This document shows, one piece after another, positions 1-8,794 of a DNA stretch of 38,055 nucleotides (its first letter is position 1; every line of letters begins with the position of its first letter). A model generated the notes under the pieces. It did no database searches, was not told the origin of the DNA, and saw only the letters and a list, made by a program, of their open reading frames with translations. A program made the position numbers and the translations under genes. Origin of the DNA: PVC group bacterium (GTDB lineage: Bacteria; Verrucomicrobiota; Kiritimatiellia; UBA8416; PXDI01); assembly GCA_003565095.1 (NCBI GenBank), contig PXDI01000044.1, positions 1-38,055 of the forward strand, in the 5' to 3' direction.

Positions 1-521
1 AACCCGACGCCTCCGGCCGGCAGCGCCCCACCCCGATCACGGGCTCCGAATTCGATCTGGAACTGGACACACTGATCGTGGCCATCAGTGAAGAACCGGA
101 TGCCGAGGGACTGGAAGATATTGAGCGCACTAACTGGGGCACATTGAAGGCCCATCCGGAATCCTATGCCACCAGTCGTCAGGGGGTGTTTGCCGGCGGC
201 GATGTGGCAACCGGACCGGCAACGGTGATCGGTGCGGTCGGTGCAGGAAGACACGCCGCCACCATGATCGACCGTTATGTGCGCGGCATGGCGCTGCGCA
301 TTCTGCCGCGACCAGTACTGCCGGCGGTATATATAACTCCGCCGGAAGACAGCTTCAGTGAAGATGAGCTGACTCCGCGCCGGATCAATGCGCCGGAGCG
401 CCCGGTAGCGGAACGCATCCGCGGATTCGCAGAAGTTGAGCAGTGCATCAACGCCCACGACGCGGTACGAGAGGCCAGACGGTGCCTGCGTTGCGATCTG
501 GAGTTTACCGAACCGGCCTGA
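1..521 (+). CDS. GltD-like NAD(P)H-dependent oxidoreductase (glutamate synthase small-chain family), C-terminal part; 5' end lies outside the window
   Basis: The frame is open to the window start; the listed ORF 78..521 begins at an internal GTG. The translation ...EFDLELDTLIVAISEE...QGVFAGGDVATGPATVIGAVGAGRHAATMIDRY...CLRCD matches the C-terminal FAD/NAD(P)-binding region of GltD/SudA-like proteins. It lies directly upstream of an [FeFe]-hydrogenase gene. Confidence 0.6.
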   Translation, partial: PDASGRQRPTPITGSEFDLELDTLIVAISEEPDAEGLEDIERTNWGTLKAHPESYATSRQGVFAGGDVATGPATVIGAVGAGRHAATMIDRYVRGMALRILPRPVLPAVYITPPEDSFSEDELTPRRINAPERPVAERIRGFAEVEQCINAHDAVREARRCLRCDLEFTEPA

Positions 522-550
522 CCGGCGCAAATAGAAGGAATTACGACCCT

Positions 551-2320
551 ATGAGTAATCTTATAAAAAACGAGGCAGCAAAGCATGAAGGAGCGGTCAT
601 GATTACGTTGGAGGTTGATGGCAAAATAGTTGAGGCAAAGAAGGACGACACTATTCTGAGCGCGCTGAAACGTGCCGGAATTCATGTACCGACGCTCTGT
701 CACATGGAAGGACTCCCTCCCAGCGGCGCGTGCCGCCTGTGTGTTGTGGAGATTGACGGTGCGCCGGGACTTACTCCGTCGTGCTCATTCCCCGTGGCTG
801 AAGGAATGAAGATCAACACCCGCTCACCGCGGGTGATTCAGGCCCGCAAAACAATCGTCGAACTGCTGCTGGCCAACCATCCGGACGACTGCCTTTACTG
901 CGCACGCAATAACCACTGTGAGCTGCAAAGCCTGGCACATAATCTCGGTGTCCGGCAGCGGCGGCTGCAGGGCAGTAAGGCACAGCATGACATGGATGTC
1001 GGCAGCCCGTCGATTATCCGCGATCCCGACAAATGCATTCTCTGCGGACGCTGCGTACGGGTCTGTGAAGAAGTGCAGGGGGTGGCTGCCATTGATTTTG
1101 CCGAACGCGGTGCCGCCACATTTATCAGTACGGCATTCAATACCGGCCTGAATCTTTCAAGCTGCATCAATTGCGGACAATGCGTCGTGGTCTGCCCGAC
1201 CGGTGCGCTGACCGAAAACTCATCGGTTGAAGAGGTGGCCGCCGCACTGACCGACCCCGACTGTTTTGTTGTGGCGCAGCATGCACCCGCGGTATCGGTA
1301 ACGCTGGCCGAAGAATTCGACATAAAGACCGGCACCGACGTTGACGGCGCAATGGTTGCCGCACTGCGCCGGATCGGCTTTGACCGGGTTTTTGACACAT
1401 CATTCACAGCCGACCTGACCATCATGGAGGAAGGTTCGGAACTGGTGCACCGCATCAAAAACGGCGGTGCACTCCCGATGCTGACCAGTTGCAGCCCCGG
1501 CTGGATTAAGTTCGTCGAAGAATTCTACCCGGAATTCATGCCGAACCTGTCCACTTGCAAGAGTCCGCAGCAGATGATGGGCGCGATTATCAAGTCGTTT
1601 TTCGCGCAGCGCGAAGCACTCAATCCAGCACGGATTGTCTCGGTTTCCATCATGCCCTGCACCGCCAAGAAGTTCGAGTGCAGCCGGCCGGAAATGACAC
1701 AGAACCATGTGCCGGATGTCGATTACGTGCTGACCACGCGCGAGCTGGGCGAACTGCTGCGGCGTTACGGCATTGACCTGGCCGCAATGGAGCCGGAAAC
1801 AGCGGATACCCCCTTCGGAGAACGTTCAACCGCCGGAAAGATTTTCGGAGCCTCCGGCGGTGTCATGGAGGCGGCAGTGCGCAGCGCGCATTTTCTGCTG
1901 ACCGGTCGGGAAATACCCGAGCTCAAAATCCAGCCGCTGCGCGGCATGCAGGGCTGCAAGGAACTACGGGTCAATATTGACGGGATCGAACTGGGTGCGG
2001 CGGTTGTCAGCGGGCTCGGCAATGCGCGGAAACTGCTTGACGAGATTCGCAACGGGCGTGATGATCTGCATTTTATTGAAGTCATGACCTGCCCCGGCGG
2101 CTGTATTAATGGAGGCGGTCAGCCGCTGAATGCCGATATTGAGGCGGTCAAGAAGCGCATGAAGGCGCTATATGCGATCGACAGCAAGGAGCAGTTGCGG
2201 GTGAGTCACCAGAACAAGTGGGTACAAAAACTCTATGATGAATTTCTCGGCGAGCCGCTGGGAGAAACAAGTCACCGGCTGCTGCACACACATTATGCCA
2301 AGCGGGATGTTTTACTGTAG
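551..2320 (+). CDS. [FeFe]-hydrogenase catalytic subunit, CpI/HndD-like M3 architecture (2Fe-2S, His-ligated 4Fe-4S, 2x 4Fe-4S, H-domain, C-terminal small-subunit-like tail)
   Basis: N-terminal CHMEGLPPSGACRLCVVEIDG...PSC is a plant-type 2Fe-2S motif. HPDDCLYCARNNHCELQ, CILCGRCVRVCEE and CINCGQCVVVCPTGAL are further Fe-S motifs. H-cluster motifs are L1 TSCSPGW (variant), L2 MPCTAKKFE and L3 EVMTCPGGCINGGGQP, plus SGGVMEAAVR. The start is placed at ATG 551 (GAAGGA upstream); ATG 599 (AAGGAG upstream) is an alternative. The 443 start would overlap the upstream gene. Confidence 0.9.
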   Translation: MSNLIKNEAAKHEGAVMITLEVDGKIVEAKKDDTILSALKRAGIHVPTLCHMEGLPPSGACRLCVVEIDGAPGLTPSCSFPVAEGMKINTRSPRVIQARKTIVELLLANHPDDCLYCARNNHCELQSLAHNLGVRQRRLQGSKAQHDMDVGSPSIIRDPDKCILCGRCVRVCEEVQGVAAIDFAERGAATFISTAFNTGLNLSSCINCGQCVVVCPTGALTENSSVEEVAAALTDPDCFVVAQHAPAVSVTLAEEFDIKTGTDVDGAMVAALRRIGFDRVFDTSFTADLTIMEEGSELVHRIKNGGALPMLTSCSPGWIKFVEEFYPEFMPNLSTCKSPQQMMGAIIKSFFAQREALNPARIVSVSIMPCTAKKFECSRPEMTQNHVPDVDYVLTTRELGELLRRYGIDLAAMEPETADTPFGERSTAGKIFGASGGVMEAAVRSAHFLLTGREIPELKIQPLRGMQGCKELRVNIDGIELGAAVVSGLGNARKLLDEIRNGRDDLHFIEVMTCPGGCINGGGQPLNADIEAVKKRMKALYAIDSKEQLRVSHQNKWVQKLYDEFLGEPLGETSHRLLHTHYAKRDVLL

Positions 2321-2342
2321 AAAACGAAAAAAAGGAACAGAC

Positions 2343-2753
2343 ATGAGCGACAAGAAGACTATCCTGATTGTGGATGATGATCAGGATATCATTGATCAGA
2401 TTTCGATCATTCTCAAAAAACAGGGGTTCGAAGTTATTACCGCGGACGGAGAAAAAGAGGGCGAAGAGGCGCTGTTGAAAGGCGGTTTTGATCTGGCGGT
2501 TCTTGACCTGATGATGGACAACATTGATTCAGGCTTCACGCTGAGCCACCAGGCGAAGAAACTGTATCCGGAACTGCCGGTTATTCTGCTGACCGCGGTG
2601 CGGTCAGCCACCGGCCTCTCTTTTGACCCGTCATCACCGGAAGCTGCAAGCTGGATCAAGGCTGACAAGATTCTTGCAAAACCGGTGCGGTCGGAACAGT
2701 TGATTGCTGTGGTCAACCGGATGCTGGGAATTGCACCGGCTCACGCGCATTGA
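2343..2753 (+). CDS. Stand-alone response regulator receiver (REC) protein with no output domain
   Basis: MSDKKTILIVDDDQDI...DLAVLDLMMD...LLTAV...AKP is a CheY-like pattern. The protein is about 136 aa, which leaves no room for an HTH. The start is trimmed from 2235 to ATG 2343, because the extension overlaps the hydrogenase 3' end. Confidence 0.85.
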   Translation: MSDKKTILIVDDDQDIIDQISIILKKQGFEVITADGEKEGEEALLKGGFDLAVLDLMMDNIDSGFTLSHQAKKLYPELPVILLTAVRSATGLSFDPSSPEAASWIKADKILAKPVRSEQLIAVVNRMLGIAPAHAH

Positions 2754-2876
2754 TGGTTTACGCCGGAATATATGCAGCCGGATGAATCCGGCCGGCAGCA
2801 GCAGGCTTCCGGCTGATTACGGAACAACGGCGACGTACCAGTTGACCACGCGAAGTATCCGGCGAGGTGCTGTATT

Positions 2877-4877
2877 ATGGAGCGCGACAACATGGAATCT
2901 TCGAATGTTTTTCAGACTATTCAAACTGTACCGGAACGGTGCCGGGTATGTTACACCTGTGTCCGCGAGTGCCCGGCTAAAGCTATCCGTATTATAGATG
3001 GGCAGGCACGGGTCATCCATGAACGCTGCATTGGGTGCGGCAACTGCGTGCGGGTCTGTTCGCAACGTGCCAAGATAATCAAAGACACCATTCCCAATGT
3101 CCGGCGGATGCTGAAAGGCAAGGCTCCGGTGGCGGCAATGCTGGCACCCAGTTTCCCGGCCGAGTTTGCAAAAGTCGAAAGCGGGCGGCTCGTTGCCATG
3201 GTCAAGGCACTCGGCTTCGCACGTGTCAACGAGGTATCATTCGGCGCCGACCTGGTTGCCGCGGAATATCGTAAATTGGTCGAAACCACCGGAAAGTCCT
3301 ACATTGCCACCAGTTGCCCGGCAGTAATTTTCTACGTTGAAAAATATTTTCCTGAGCTGGTTGACGAGTTGGCCCCGATTGTTTCCCCGATGGTTGCCAC
3401 CGCCCGCTGCCTGCGCCACCTTTACGGCCCTGATCTACGGGTGGTTTTCATCGGCCCCTGTACCGCAAAGAAAACTGAATCAGCCGACGAACAGCTCGAG
3501 GGGGAGGTCGATGAGGCACTCACGTTTGTTGAATTACGAACCATGTTCGAGGAGGCCGGCCTCAGCCCGGAAGCAGTCAAGCCGGTTGAATTTGACGAAC
3601 CGCGCGGCGGTCTTGGCGGTCTTTTTCCGCTTAGCGGCGGACTACTGCAGGCCGCCGATATGCGTGAGGACCTGGTGGAGGAAAATGTGGTTACCGCCAC
3701 CGGCCGCAGCTTTGTGGATGCCGTCAAGGAATTCGCGTGCGGCGATATGTCAACCCGGTTGCTGGAAATTCTAGCCTGTGACGGAGCCTGTATCATGGGC
3801 GCGGGCATGAGCGTTGATACCCCGCTGTTCAGCCGCCGCAGCCAGGTCAGCCGGTATATCCGCGAAAAAATCTCACGTGAAGACACCGCGGCGCATGCAA
3901 AAAAACTCAAACAGTTTGCCGCGGTGAATCTGCGGCGCGCCTTTATGACGCGTGATCAACGCGTGAAGGCACCGCAGGCAGATGAAATTTCCGCCATTCT
4001 ACAACGGATGGGCAAGAACGCTCATGAAGATGAACTGAATTGCGGCGCCTGCGGCTATGAAACCTGCCGCGAACATGCCGTCGCCATTCATAAGGGACTG
4101 GCCGAAAGCGAGATGTGCCTGCCATACACGATTGATCAGCTCAACAGCACTATCAAAAAACTGGCCAGCACTCAGGAGGCGCTAATGCAATCTGAACGTC
4201 TCGCCAGCATGGGACAGCTTGCCGCCGGCATTGCACACGAAGTCAACAATCCGCTCGGTATCGTGCTGATGTACGCCCATCTGCTGCAAGAGGAAGCTGA
4301 GTCCAACAAGTCGATTGCTTCAGACGCAAAAATAATTGCTGAACAAGCCGACCGTTGCAAAAAGATTGTATCCGGTCTGCTGCATTTTGCCCGGCAGAAC
4401 CGCGTGCTGCGCGAACCGGCGGATATCCGGGAGGTTATAGCAAACTGCTGCCGGAATATCGTCACGCCGGGCAATATCAAGCTGGAGGTTGAACACAATC
4501 TAAACGACCCGGTTGCCGATATTGACGCCGACCAGATTGTGCAGGTGCTGACAAATCTTATCAGCAATGCACATGCCGCCATGCCTAACGGCGGCACATT
4601 GCGTATTATCGCCACGGATACCGGGGAAAATGTAGTTGTTACTGTCAGCGATACCGGTACCGGCATACCGCCTGACCTGTGCGCCAAGATTTTTGAGCCG
4701 TTCTTTACCACCAAGCATATCGGCAGCGGTACCGGTCTGGGGCTCGCCGTCACTTATGGAATTGTCAAAATGCATCAGGGCGATATCAGGGTAAAATCCA
4801 ACAGCAATCCGGCTGAAGGCCCCACCGGCACAACGTTTGAAATAGAGCTGCCGCGAAAAATGGAGGAGCAAACTTGA
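2877..4877 (+). CDS. [FeFe]-hydrogenase-like (HydS-type, putatively sensory) Fe-S protein fused to a HisKA/HATPase histidine kinase
   Basis: Two ferredoxin motifs: [12 protein letters not shown] and [11 protein letters not shown]. The H-domain-like region has ATSCPAV (single Cys), [11 protein letters not shown] and [40 protein letters not shown] gives a Cx2Cx4Cx16C motif. The H-box is [22 protein letters not shown]. The ATPase N/G boxes are [21 protein letters not shown] and [16 protein letters not shown] lies 7 nt before the ATG. Confidence 0.85.
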   Translation: MERDNMESSNVFQTIQTVPERCRVCYTCVRECPAKAIRIIDGQARVIHERCIGCGNCVRVCSQRAKIIKDTIPNVRRMLKGKAPVAAMLAPSFPAEFAKVESGRLVAMVKALGFARVNEVSFGADLVAAEYRKLVETTGKSYIATSCPAVIFYVEKYFPELVDELAPIVSPMVATARCLRHLYGPDLRVVFIGPCTAKKTESADEQLEGEVDEALTFVELRTMFEEAGLSPEAVKPVEFDEPRGGLGGLFPLSGGLLQAADMREDLVEENVVTATGRSFVDAVKEFACGDMSTRLLEILACDGACIMGAGMSVDTPLFSRRSQVSRYIREKISREDTAAHAKKLKQFAAVNLRRAFMTRDQRVKAPQADEISAILQRMGKNAHEDELNCGACGYETCREHAVAIHKGLAESEMCLPYTIDQLNSTIKKLASTQEALMQSERLASMGQLAAGIAHEVNNPLGIVLMYAHLLQEEAESNKSIASDAKIIAEQADRCKKIVSGLLHFARQNRVLREPADIREVIANCCRNIVTPGNIKLEVEHNLNDPVADIDADQIVQVLTNLISNAHAAMPNGGTLRIIATDTGENVVVTVSDTGTGIPPDLCAKIFEPFFTTKHIGSGTGLGLAVTYGIVKMHQGDIRVKSNSNPAEGPTGTTFEIELPRKMEEQT

Positions 4878-6028
4878 ACACACTGCGAATTCTTGCCGTG
4901 GATGACGAACAGGGAATGTTAACCGGTATTGAGCGCGCTTTGCGTAATCTGCAGGTTGAAGTTCCGGATGTCAATGAAACGGCCTGCTTCGAAATTGTCA
5001 CCGCAGCCACCGGACAGGCCGCAATCGATGAGATAAACAAGCAAACGCCTGATATTATCCTGCTGGATTACAAACTTCCCGATATGACCGGACTGGATGT
5101 TCTCAAAACCGTCAGCAACCTGAATCCACTGTTTCTGACCATTATGATTACCGCATATGCGTCAATCCAGACCGCCGTCGCGGCAACCAAACAGGGCGCA
5201 TATGATTTTCTGCCGAAGCCGTTCACGCCCGGTGACCTGAAACATGTTGTACGCAAGGCCGCCATCCGCCAGGTGCTTGCGCACCGGGCACGCGAACTGC
5301 AGGAACAAAACCGCCGGGCACGTTTCGAGTTCATCCGCGTACTGGGCCACGAACTGAAAGCCCCGCTAGCGGCCGTCAGCGGCTATCTGCATCTTATCCA
5401 CGACCGTGATCTCGGAGAGGATATCGCCGGTTATGATGAGGCGGTCGACCGCAGTCTTGTGCGCCTGGAACAAATGCGTAAACTGATTATGGACCTGCTG
5501 GACATGACCCGGCTTGAGTCCGGCGAAAAACAGCGCCGGATTGAACCCGTCGATCTTGCCGCCGCGGCACGCGACGCGCTTGATGTTGTGCGCACCGAAG
5601 CCGGTGAGCGCCGTATCACGCTCGACATTGAAGGCCCCGGACAACTCGAATTCACGGCCGACCGCGGGGAAATCGACATGGTATTCAACAACCTCATTTC
5701 AAATGCCGTGAAATACAATCGTGACGAAGGGCAGGTGCTGGTGCAACTGACCCCGCAGGATGACCATTCAGTGCAAATTCGTGTCATCGACAACGGCATC
5801 GGCATGACCGAAGAAGAACAACAGCGGCTTTTCAGCGAGTTTACCAGGATCAAGAACAAGCACACCCGTAACATTCTCGGCAGCGGGCTGGGGCTCTCCA
5901 TTCTAAGAAGGATTGCCCAGCTCTATGACGGAGAGGTCAGTGTGCAAAGTACCCCCGGCGAAGGCAGCACATTTACGGTAATTCTGCGAAAAACACCCGG
6001 TGTGACGCCGCCGACGGAAGACGCTTGA
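4874..6028 (+). CDS. Hybrid REC-HisKA-HATPase protein (N-terminal receiver fused to a histidine kinase core)
   Basis: REC: LRILAVDDEQGM...IILLDYKLPDMTG...PKPF. H-box: FIRVLGHELKAPLAAVSGYL. ATPase: NLISNAVKYN, DNGIGMT, GSGLGLSI. TTG start at 4874 is preceded by GGAGGAG and overlaps the upstream TGA stop (TTGA). Confidence 0.85.
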   Translation: MNTLRILAVDDEQGMLTGIERALRNLQVEVPDVNETACFEIVTAATGQAAIDEINKQTPDIILLDYKLPDMTGLDVLKTVSNLNPLFLTIMITAYASIQTAVAATKQGAYDFLPKPFTPGDLKHVVRKAAIRQVLAHRARELQEQNRRARFEFIRVLGHELKAPLAAVSGYLHLIHDRDLGEDIAGYDEAVDRSLVRLEQMRKLIMDLLDMTRLESGEKQRRIEPVDLAAAARDALDVVRTEAGERRITLDIEGPGQLEFTADRGEIDMVFNNLISNAVKYNRDEGQVLVQLTPQDDHSVQIRVIDNGIGMTEEEQQRLFSEFTRIKNKHTRNILGSGLGLSILRRIAQLYDGEVSVQSTPGEGSTFTVILRKTPGVTPPTEDA

Positions 6029-6036
6029 ATTGGCGC

Positions 6037-6066
6037 TTGAAACCGGCATTGTCTTATGTCTACTAT
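6037..6066 (+). promoter_or_regulatory. Candidate sigma70-like promoter for the downstream REC gene
   Basis: TTGAAA (6037-6042), an 18-nt spacer, then TACTAT (6061-6066), about 45 nt upstream of ATG 6113. This is a motif match only. Confidence 0.3.
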
Positions 6067-6112
6067 TATGGCGGTAGCAGTTTGAGATTCGATATAAGAA
6101 GGGAACTAGGAC

Positions 6113-6508
6113 ATGAAAAAGGTGTATCTGGTGGATGACGACATTGATCTGGTCAGCGTTACAAAAATAGCGCTGCAGGCCAGAGGCTTTGAAGTTGAAT
6201 CACAGTATGACGATGAGGATCTGGTGGATAACATCCGGCAGTTTAATCCTGACGCCATCATTCTTGACGTAATGTTCCCGGATGATAACGGCGCAGGCTT
6301 CAGAATGGCACGGTCAATCCGGCACCATGACGATATAAAAAACAAACCGATCATCATGCTTACAGCGGTAAACCGCGACGGCGATTTTCCGGGCAAATTC
6401 ACCGATAAGGATATTGACGACATCTACCTGCCGGTCACCCGGTTTATCGACAAACCGGTCGATCCCGACAAACTGGCGGCAACCATTAATGAGCTGACCG
6501 GAAAGTAA
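6113..6508 (+). CDS. Stand-alone response regulator receiver (REC) protein
   Basis: MKKVYLVDDDIDLV...AIILDVMFPDDNGAGF...IIMLTAV...IDKPV is a CheY-like fold pattern of 131 aa with no output domain. The gene is visibly more AT-rich than its neighbours. Confidence 0.8.
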   Translation: MKKVYLVDDDIDLVSVTKIALQARGFEVESQYDDEDLVDNIRQFNPDAIILDVMFPDDNGAGFRMARSIRHHDDIKNKPIIMLTAVNRDGDFPGKFTDKDIDDIYLPVTRFIDKPVDPDKLAATINELTGK

Positions 6509-6521
6509 AGAAACCGGGAAC

Positions 6522-6570
6522 CCGCTTCAGTGTGAGCGGCTCAAGCAGCTGCCACGTTGCGCATGGCAGC
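6522..6570. terminator. Two small hairpins in the convergent gap between the REC gene and hypB (weak terminator candidates)
   Basis: CCGCT(6522-6526)/AGCGG(6535-6539) and GCTGCCA(6548-6554)/TGGCAGC(6564-6570). There is no clear U-tract on either strand. Confidence 0.3.
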
Positions 6571-6621
6571 CGGATTCGCAGCAGGCACGCAATCTACTGT
6601 ATTAAACCGTCCGGCATGTTT

Positions 6622-7404
6622 TCAGCCCGTCAGGCCGGCCAGATATTCAATCCAGCGGTCGATGCCTTCGCCGCTTTTTGCGCTGAGTTCGAAGGTGTAG
6701 ATACCGGGATGGATTTTGCGTAGATACTCGCGACAGCGGGTCATATCGAAGTCAAGATGCGGCAGCAGATCGGTTTTGGTAATAACAACGACCGGCGCTT
6801 GTGAAAAAAGTGCGGGATATTTGACCGGTTTGTCTTCGCCTTCAGTAACCGACAACAGCGCAATTTTGAAATGCTCTCCCAGATCAAATGCGGTGGGACA
6901 AACCAGATTGCCGACATTTTCAATAAAAAGTAGTTTAACATCCGGTGTAACCACTTCCGGCAGCAGTTCCCCCACCCTTTCGGCTTCAAGATGACAGGCG
7001 CTGATCGTTTCGATCTGCCGTACCGGCGCACCTTTACCGGCCAGCCGGCGGGCGTCATTATCGGTTTGCTGGTCACCCGTAATCACCGCGCAGCCGATGC
7101 GTTCGCGCAACCGCTCTAGCGTTATTTCCAGCAACAGGGTCTTGCCGCTCCCCGGCGCGGATATCAGATTAACCGCCACGACACCGCGTTCATCCAGCCA
7201 TGCACGGTTTTTTTCAGCAAGTGTATCATTTTTTGAAAGAATCTTCTCGCGCAGCGCCACTGTCGTTTCCGCTTGGGCGTGATCGTGACGATGGTCATGG
7301 GGATGGCTATGGCCCTGCTCATGATCATGGGTATGGTCATGCCCGTGTTCGGTGTCATGATGGTGGTGGTGACTTTCGGTACCGCATCCGCATGTGTCAC
7401 ACAT
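6622..7404 (-). CDS. hypB: Hydrogenase nickel-incorporation GTPase HypB with an N-terminal CxxCGC motif and a His-rich tract
   Basis: MCDTCGCG..., the His-rich run HHHHHDTEHGHDHTHDHEQGHSHPHDHRHDH, the P-loop SAPGSGKT, and ENVGNLVCP. Start is set at ATG 7404 (GAGGAGG 6 nt upstream, 1 nt after the hypA stop) rather than 7419. Confidence 0.9.
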   Translation of the reverse strand: MCDTCGCGTESHHHHHDTEHGHDHTHDHEQGHSHPHDHRHDHAQAETTVALREKILSKNDTLAEKNRAWLDERGVVAVNLISAPGSGKTLLLEITLERLRERIGCAVITGDQQTDNDARRLAGKGAPVRQIETISACHLEAERVGELLPEVVTPDVKLLFIENVGNLVCPTAFDLGEHFKIALLSVTEGEDKPVKYPALFSQAPVVVITKTDLLPHLDFDMTRCREYLRKIHPGIYTFELSAKSGEGIDRWIEYLAGLTG

Positions 7405-7405
7405 T

Positions 7406-7756
7406 TCAGTCCTCCTCAATCAAGGTTACCGTTTCTATCAGTAATTCACGCCCCTGTATAATCCGCACATCCGCCGATTCACAGTGAGCACAAACCGCAA
7501 AACAATTCTCCGGCTGCGACTCGCAACCGCAGGCACTGCAATGTATTTTGGCAGCCACCGGCACAATTTTCCACTCCGTTTTTCTCAGCGCGGTGTTTTC
7601 AACAACCAGCGGCAGTGCCTGCCGCAGCGCGGTACAATCGATCCCAGCCAGGCTGCCAACCTGCAAAACAACACGGCTTACCCTGGACGAATGCCGCTCA
7701 TTCCGCAGATTCTCGACCCTTTCAACCACTGCCTGGGCTATTGATAACTCATGCAT
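7406..7756 (-). CDS. hypA: Hydrogenase nickel-insertion protein HypA
   Basis: MHELSIAQAVV N-terminus and the zinc motifs CSACG...CAHC, in a protein of about 116 aa. Confidence 0.9.
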   Translation of the reverse strand: MHELSIAQAVVERVENLRNERHSSRVSRVVLQVGSLAGIDCTALRQALPLVVENTALRKTEWKIVPVAAKIHCSACGCESQPENCFAVCAHCESADVRIIQGRELLIETVTLIEED

Positions 7757-7765
7757 AAACTATTT

Positions 7766-8794
7766 TCAACATATTCGTGGCAGAATCTCGCCGCCGGGAA
7801 GATCGACTATGCGGCGACCGCCGGTCACTGTCAGCGCGGCCACCAGCCCGGCCAGCGGCGCTTCCGCGGAAACATGCCCCAAACGCGCCGCCTGTGCACC
7901 ACCGGGCAGTTTACTCCATGCACCCAAAATGGCATCCGCGGCACCGGCCGCGCATACCAGCAGCACACGCCCTTCACAGGCGGCATACAACGGATCCAGT
8001 CCCAGCATATCGGCAACCGCCTGCGTTCCCGGCGCCAACGGCAGGCATGTCTCGTCAATTTCAATGCCGGCGGAGGTTGCACCTTCCACCATTTCGTTCA
8101 GCACCGCCGCAACTCCGCCGCGGGTCGGATCACGCATAAAGCGTACCTCCGCCGCATACGGCAGAGCCGCGTCAACAAACGGGTAAACGGAGGCGCAGTC
8201 ACTCACCGGCCCGCCCGCCGCCATGCCGTTCCGCGCCGCCATAATCGCCATGCCGTGATCACCGAGCGTGCCGCTTATCAGAATCACGTCACCGGGACGC
8301 ACCGCCGCGGCATCCAGCCGCCAGTCCTCGACACGTTCGCCAATACAAGCGGTATTAATATACAGCCCGTCGCATTTACCGCGCTCGACAACTTTAGTGT
8401 CGCCGGTGGCAACAACTACATCCGCCTTCGCAGCGGCATCCCTGACGGCATCAAGCACCCGGTCAAGCACAGCGAACGGCAGCCCCTCTTCCAATATCAG
8501 CGCTAGGGAAAGCCAGCGCGGCCAGCCGCCGGCGACCGCCACATCATTGATGCTGCCATGCACAGCCAGATGCCCGATGTTACCACCGGGGAACTCCAAC
8601 GGGGAAACCACAAAACTGTCGGTCGAGAAAACCACCTCACCGGAATTGGCAGACAGGGTCGCGGCATCCGGCAGCCCGCGTAAAGGACCGTCACCAAAAC
8701 GGCTGACAACCGCCATGTTGATCAGCTCACGCGACAGCCTTCCGCCCCCGCCGTGACCAAGTTGAACAGTATCCGGTTTCATGTATTTTCCCAA
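7766..8794 (-). CDS. hypE: Hydrogenase maturation protein HypE (carbamoyl dehydratase)
   Basis: AIR-synthase-like fold pattern and the diagnostic C-terminal ...PRIC. Confidence 0.9.
   Translation of the reverse strand: MGKYMKPDTVQLGHGGGGRLSRELINMAVVSRFGDGPLRGLPDAATLSANSGEVVFSTDSFVVSPLEFPGGNIGHLAVHGSINDVAVAGGWPRWLSLALILEEGLPFAVLDRVLDAVRDAAAKADVVVATGDTKVVERGKCDGLYINTACIGERVEDWRLDAAAVRPGDVILISGTLGDHGMAIMAARNGMAAGGPVSDCASVYPFVDAALPYAAEVRFMRDPTRGGVAAVLNEMVEGATSAGIEIDETCLPLAPGTQAVADMLGLDPLYAACEGRVLLVCAAGAADAILGAWSKLPGGAQAARLGHVSAEAPLAGLVAALTVTGGRRIVDLPGGEILPRIC

Noticed and set aside
443-550. 5' extension of the [FeFe]-hydrogenase ORF (listed start 443)
   Set aside because: It overlaps the 3' end of the GltD-like gene in another frame and encodes an Arg/Gly-rich stretch with no domain signal. 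ATG 551 and ATG 599 both have SD-like sequences and precede the 2Fe-2S domain.
2776-2791. Small hairpin GCCGGA-tgaa-TCCGGC between the first REC gene and the sensor kinase gene, considered as an attenuator or terminator
   Set aside because: It has only a 6-bp stem, no U-tract and no competing structure that I could find. That is insufficient to call.
4092-4100. Additional AAGGGACTG 9-mers (also at 27876-27884) resembling the 12-bp repeat that flanks the TA cassette
   Set aside because: Both lie inside coding sequence, where they encode K-G-L in frame, and they share only 9-10 nt. They are most simply codon coincidences rather than copies of the intergenic element.
7200-7487. Plus-strand ORFs rich in Met/Val/Gly (for example 7273..7461) opposite the hypB His-rich tract
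   Set aside because: They are mirror-image artefacts of the CAC/CAT/GAC repeat that encodes the HypB His/Asp-rich region. There is no start context, and they lie entirely inside a confident gene.
7548-8756. Long plus-strand ORFs (212, 251, 162 aa) antisense to hypE
   Set aside because: They are typical high-GC antisense open frames, rich in Arg/Ala/Ser/Pro with no motifs. hypE on the - strand has the diagnostic PRIC terminus.
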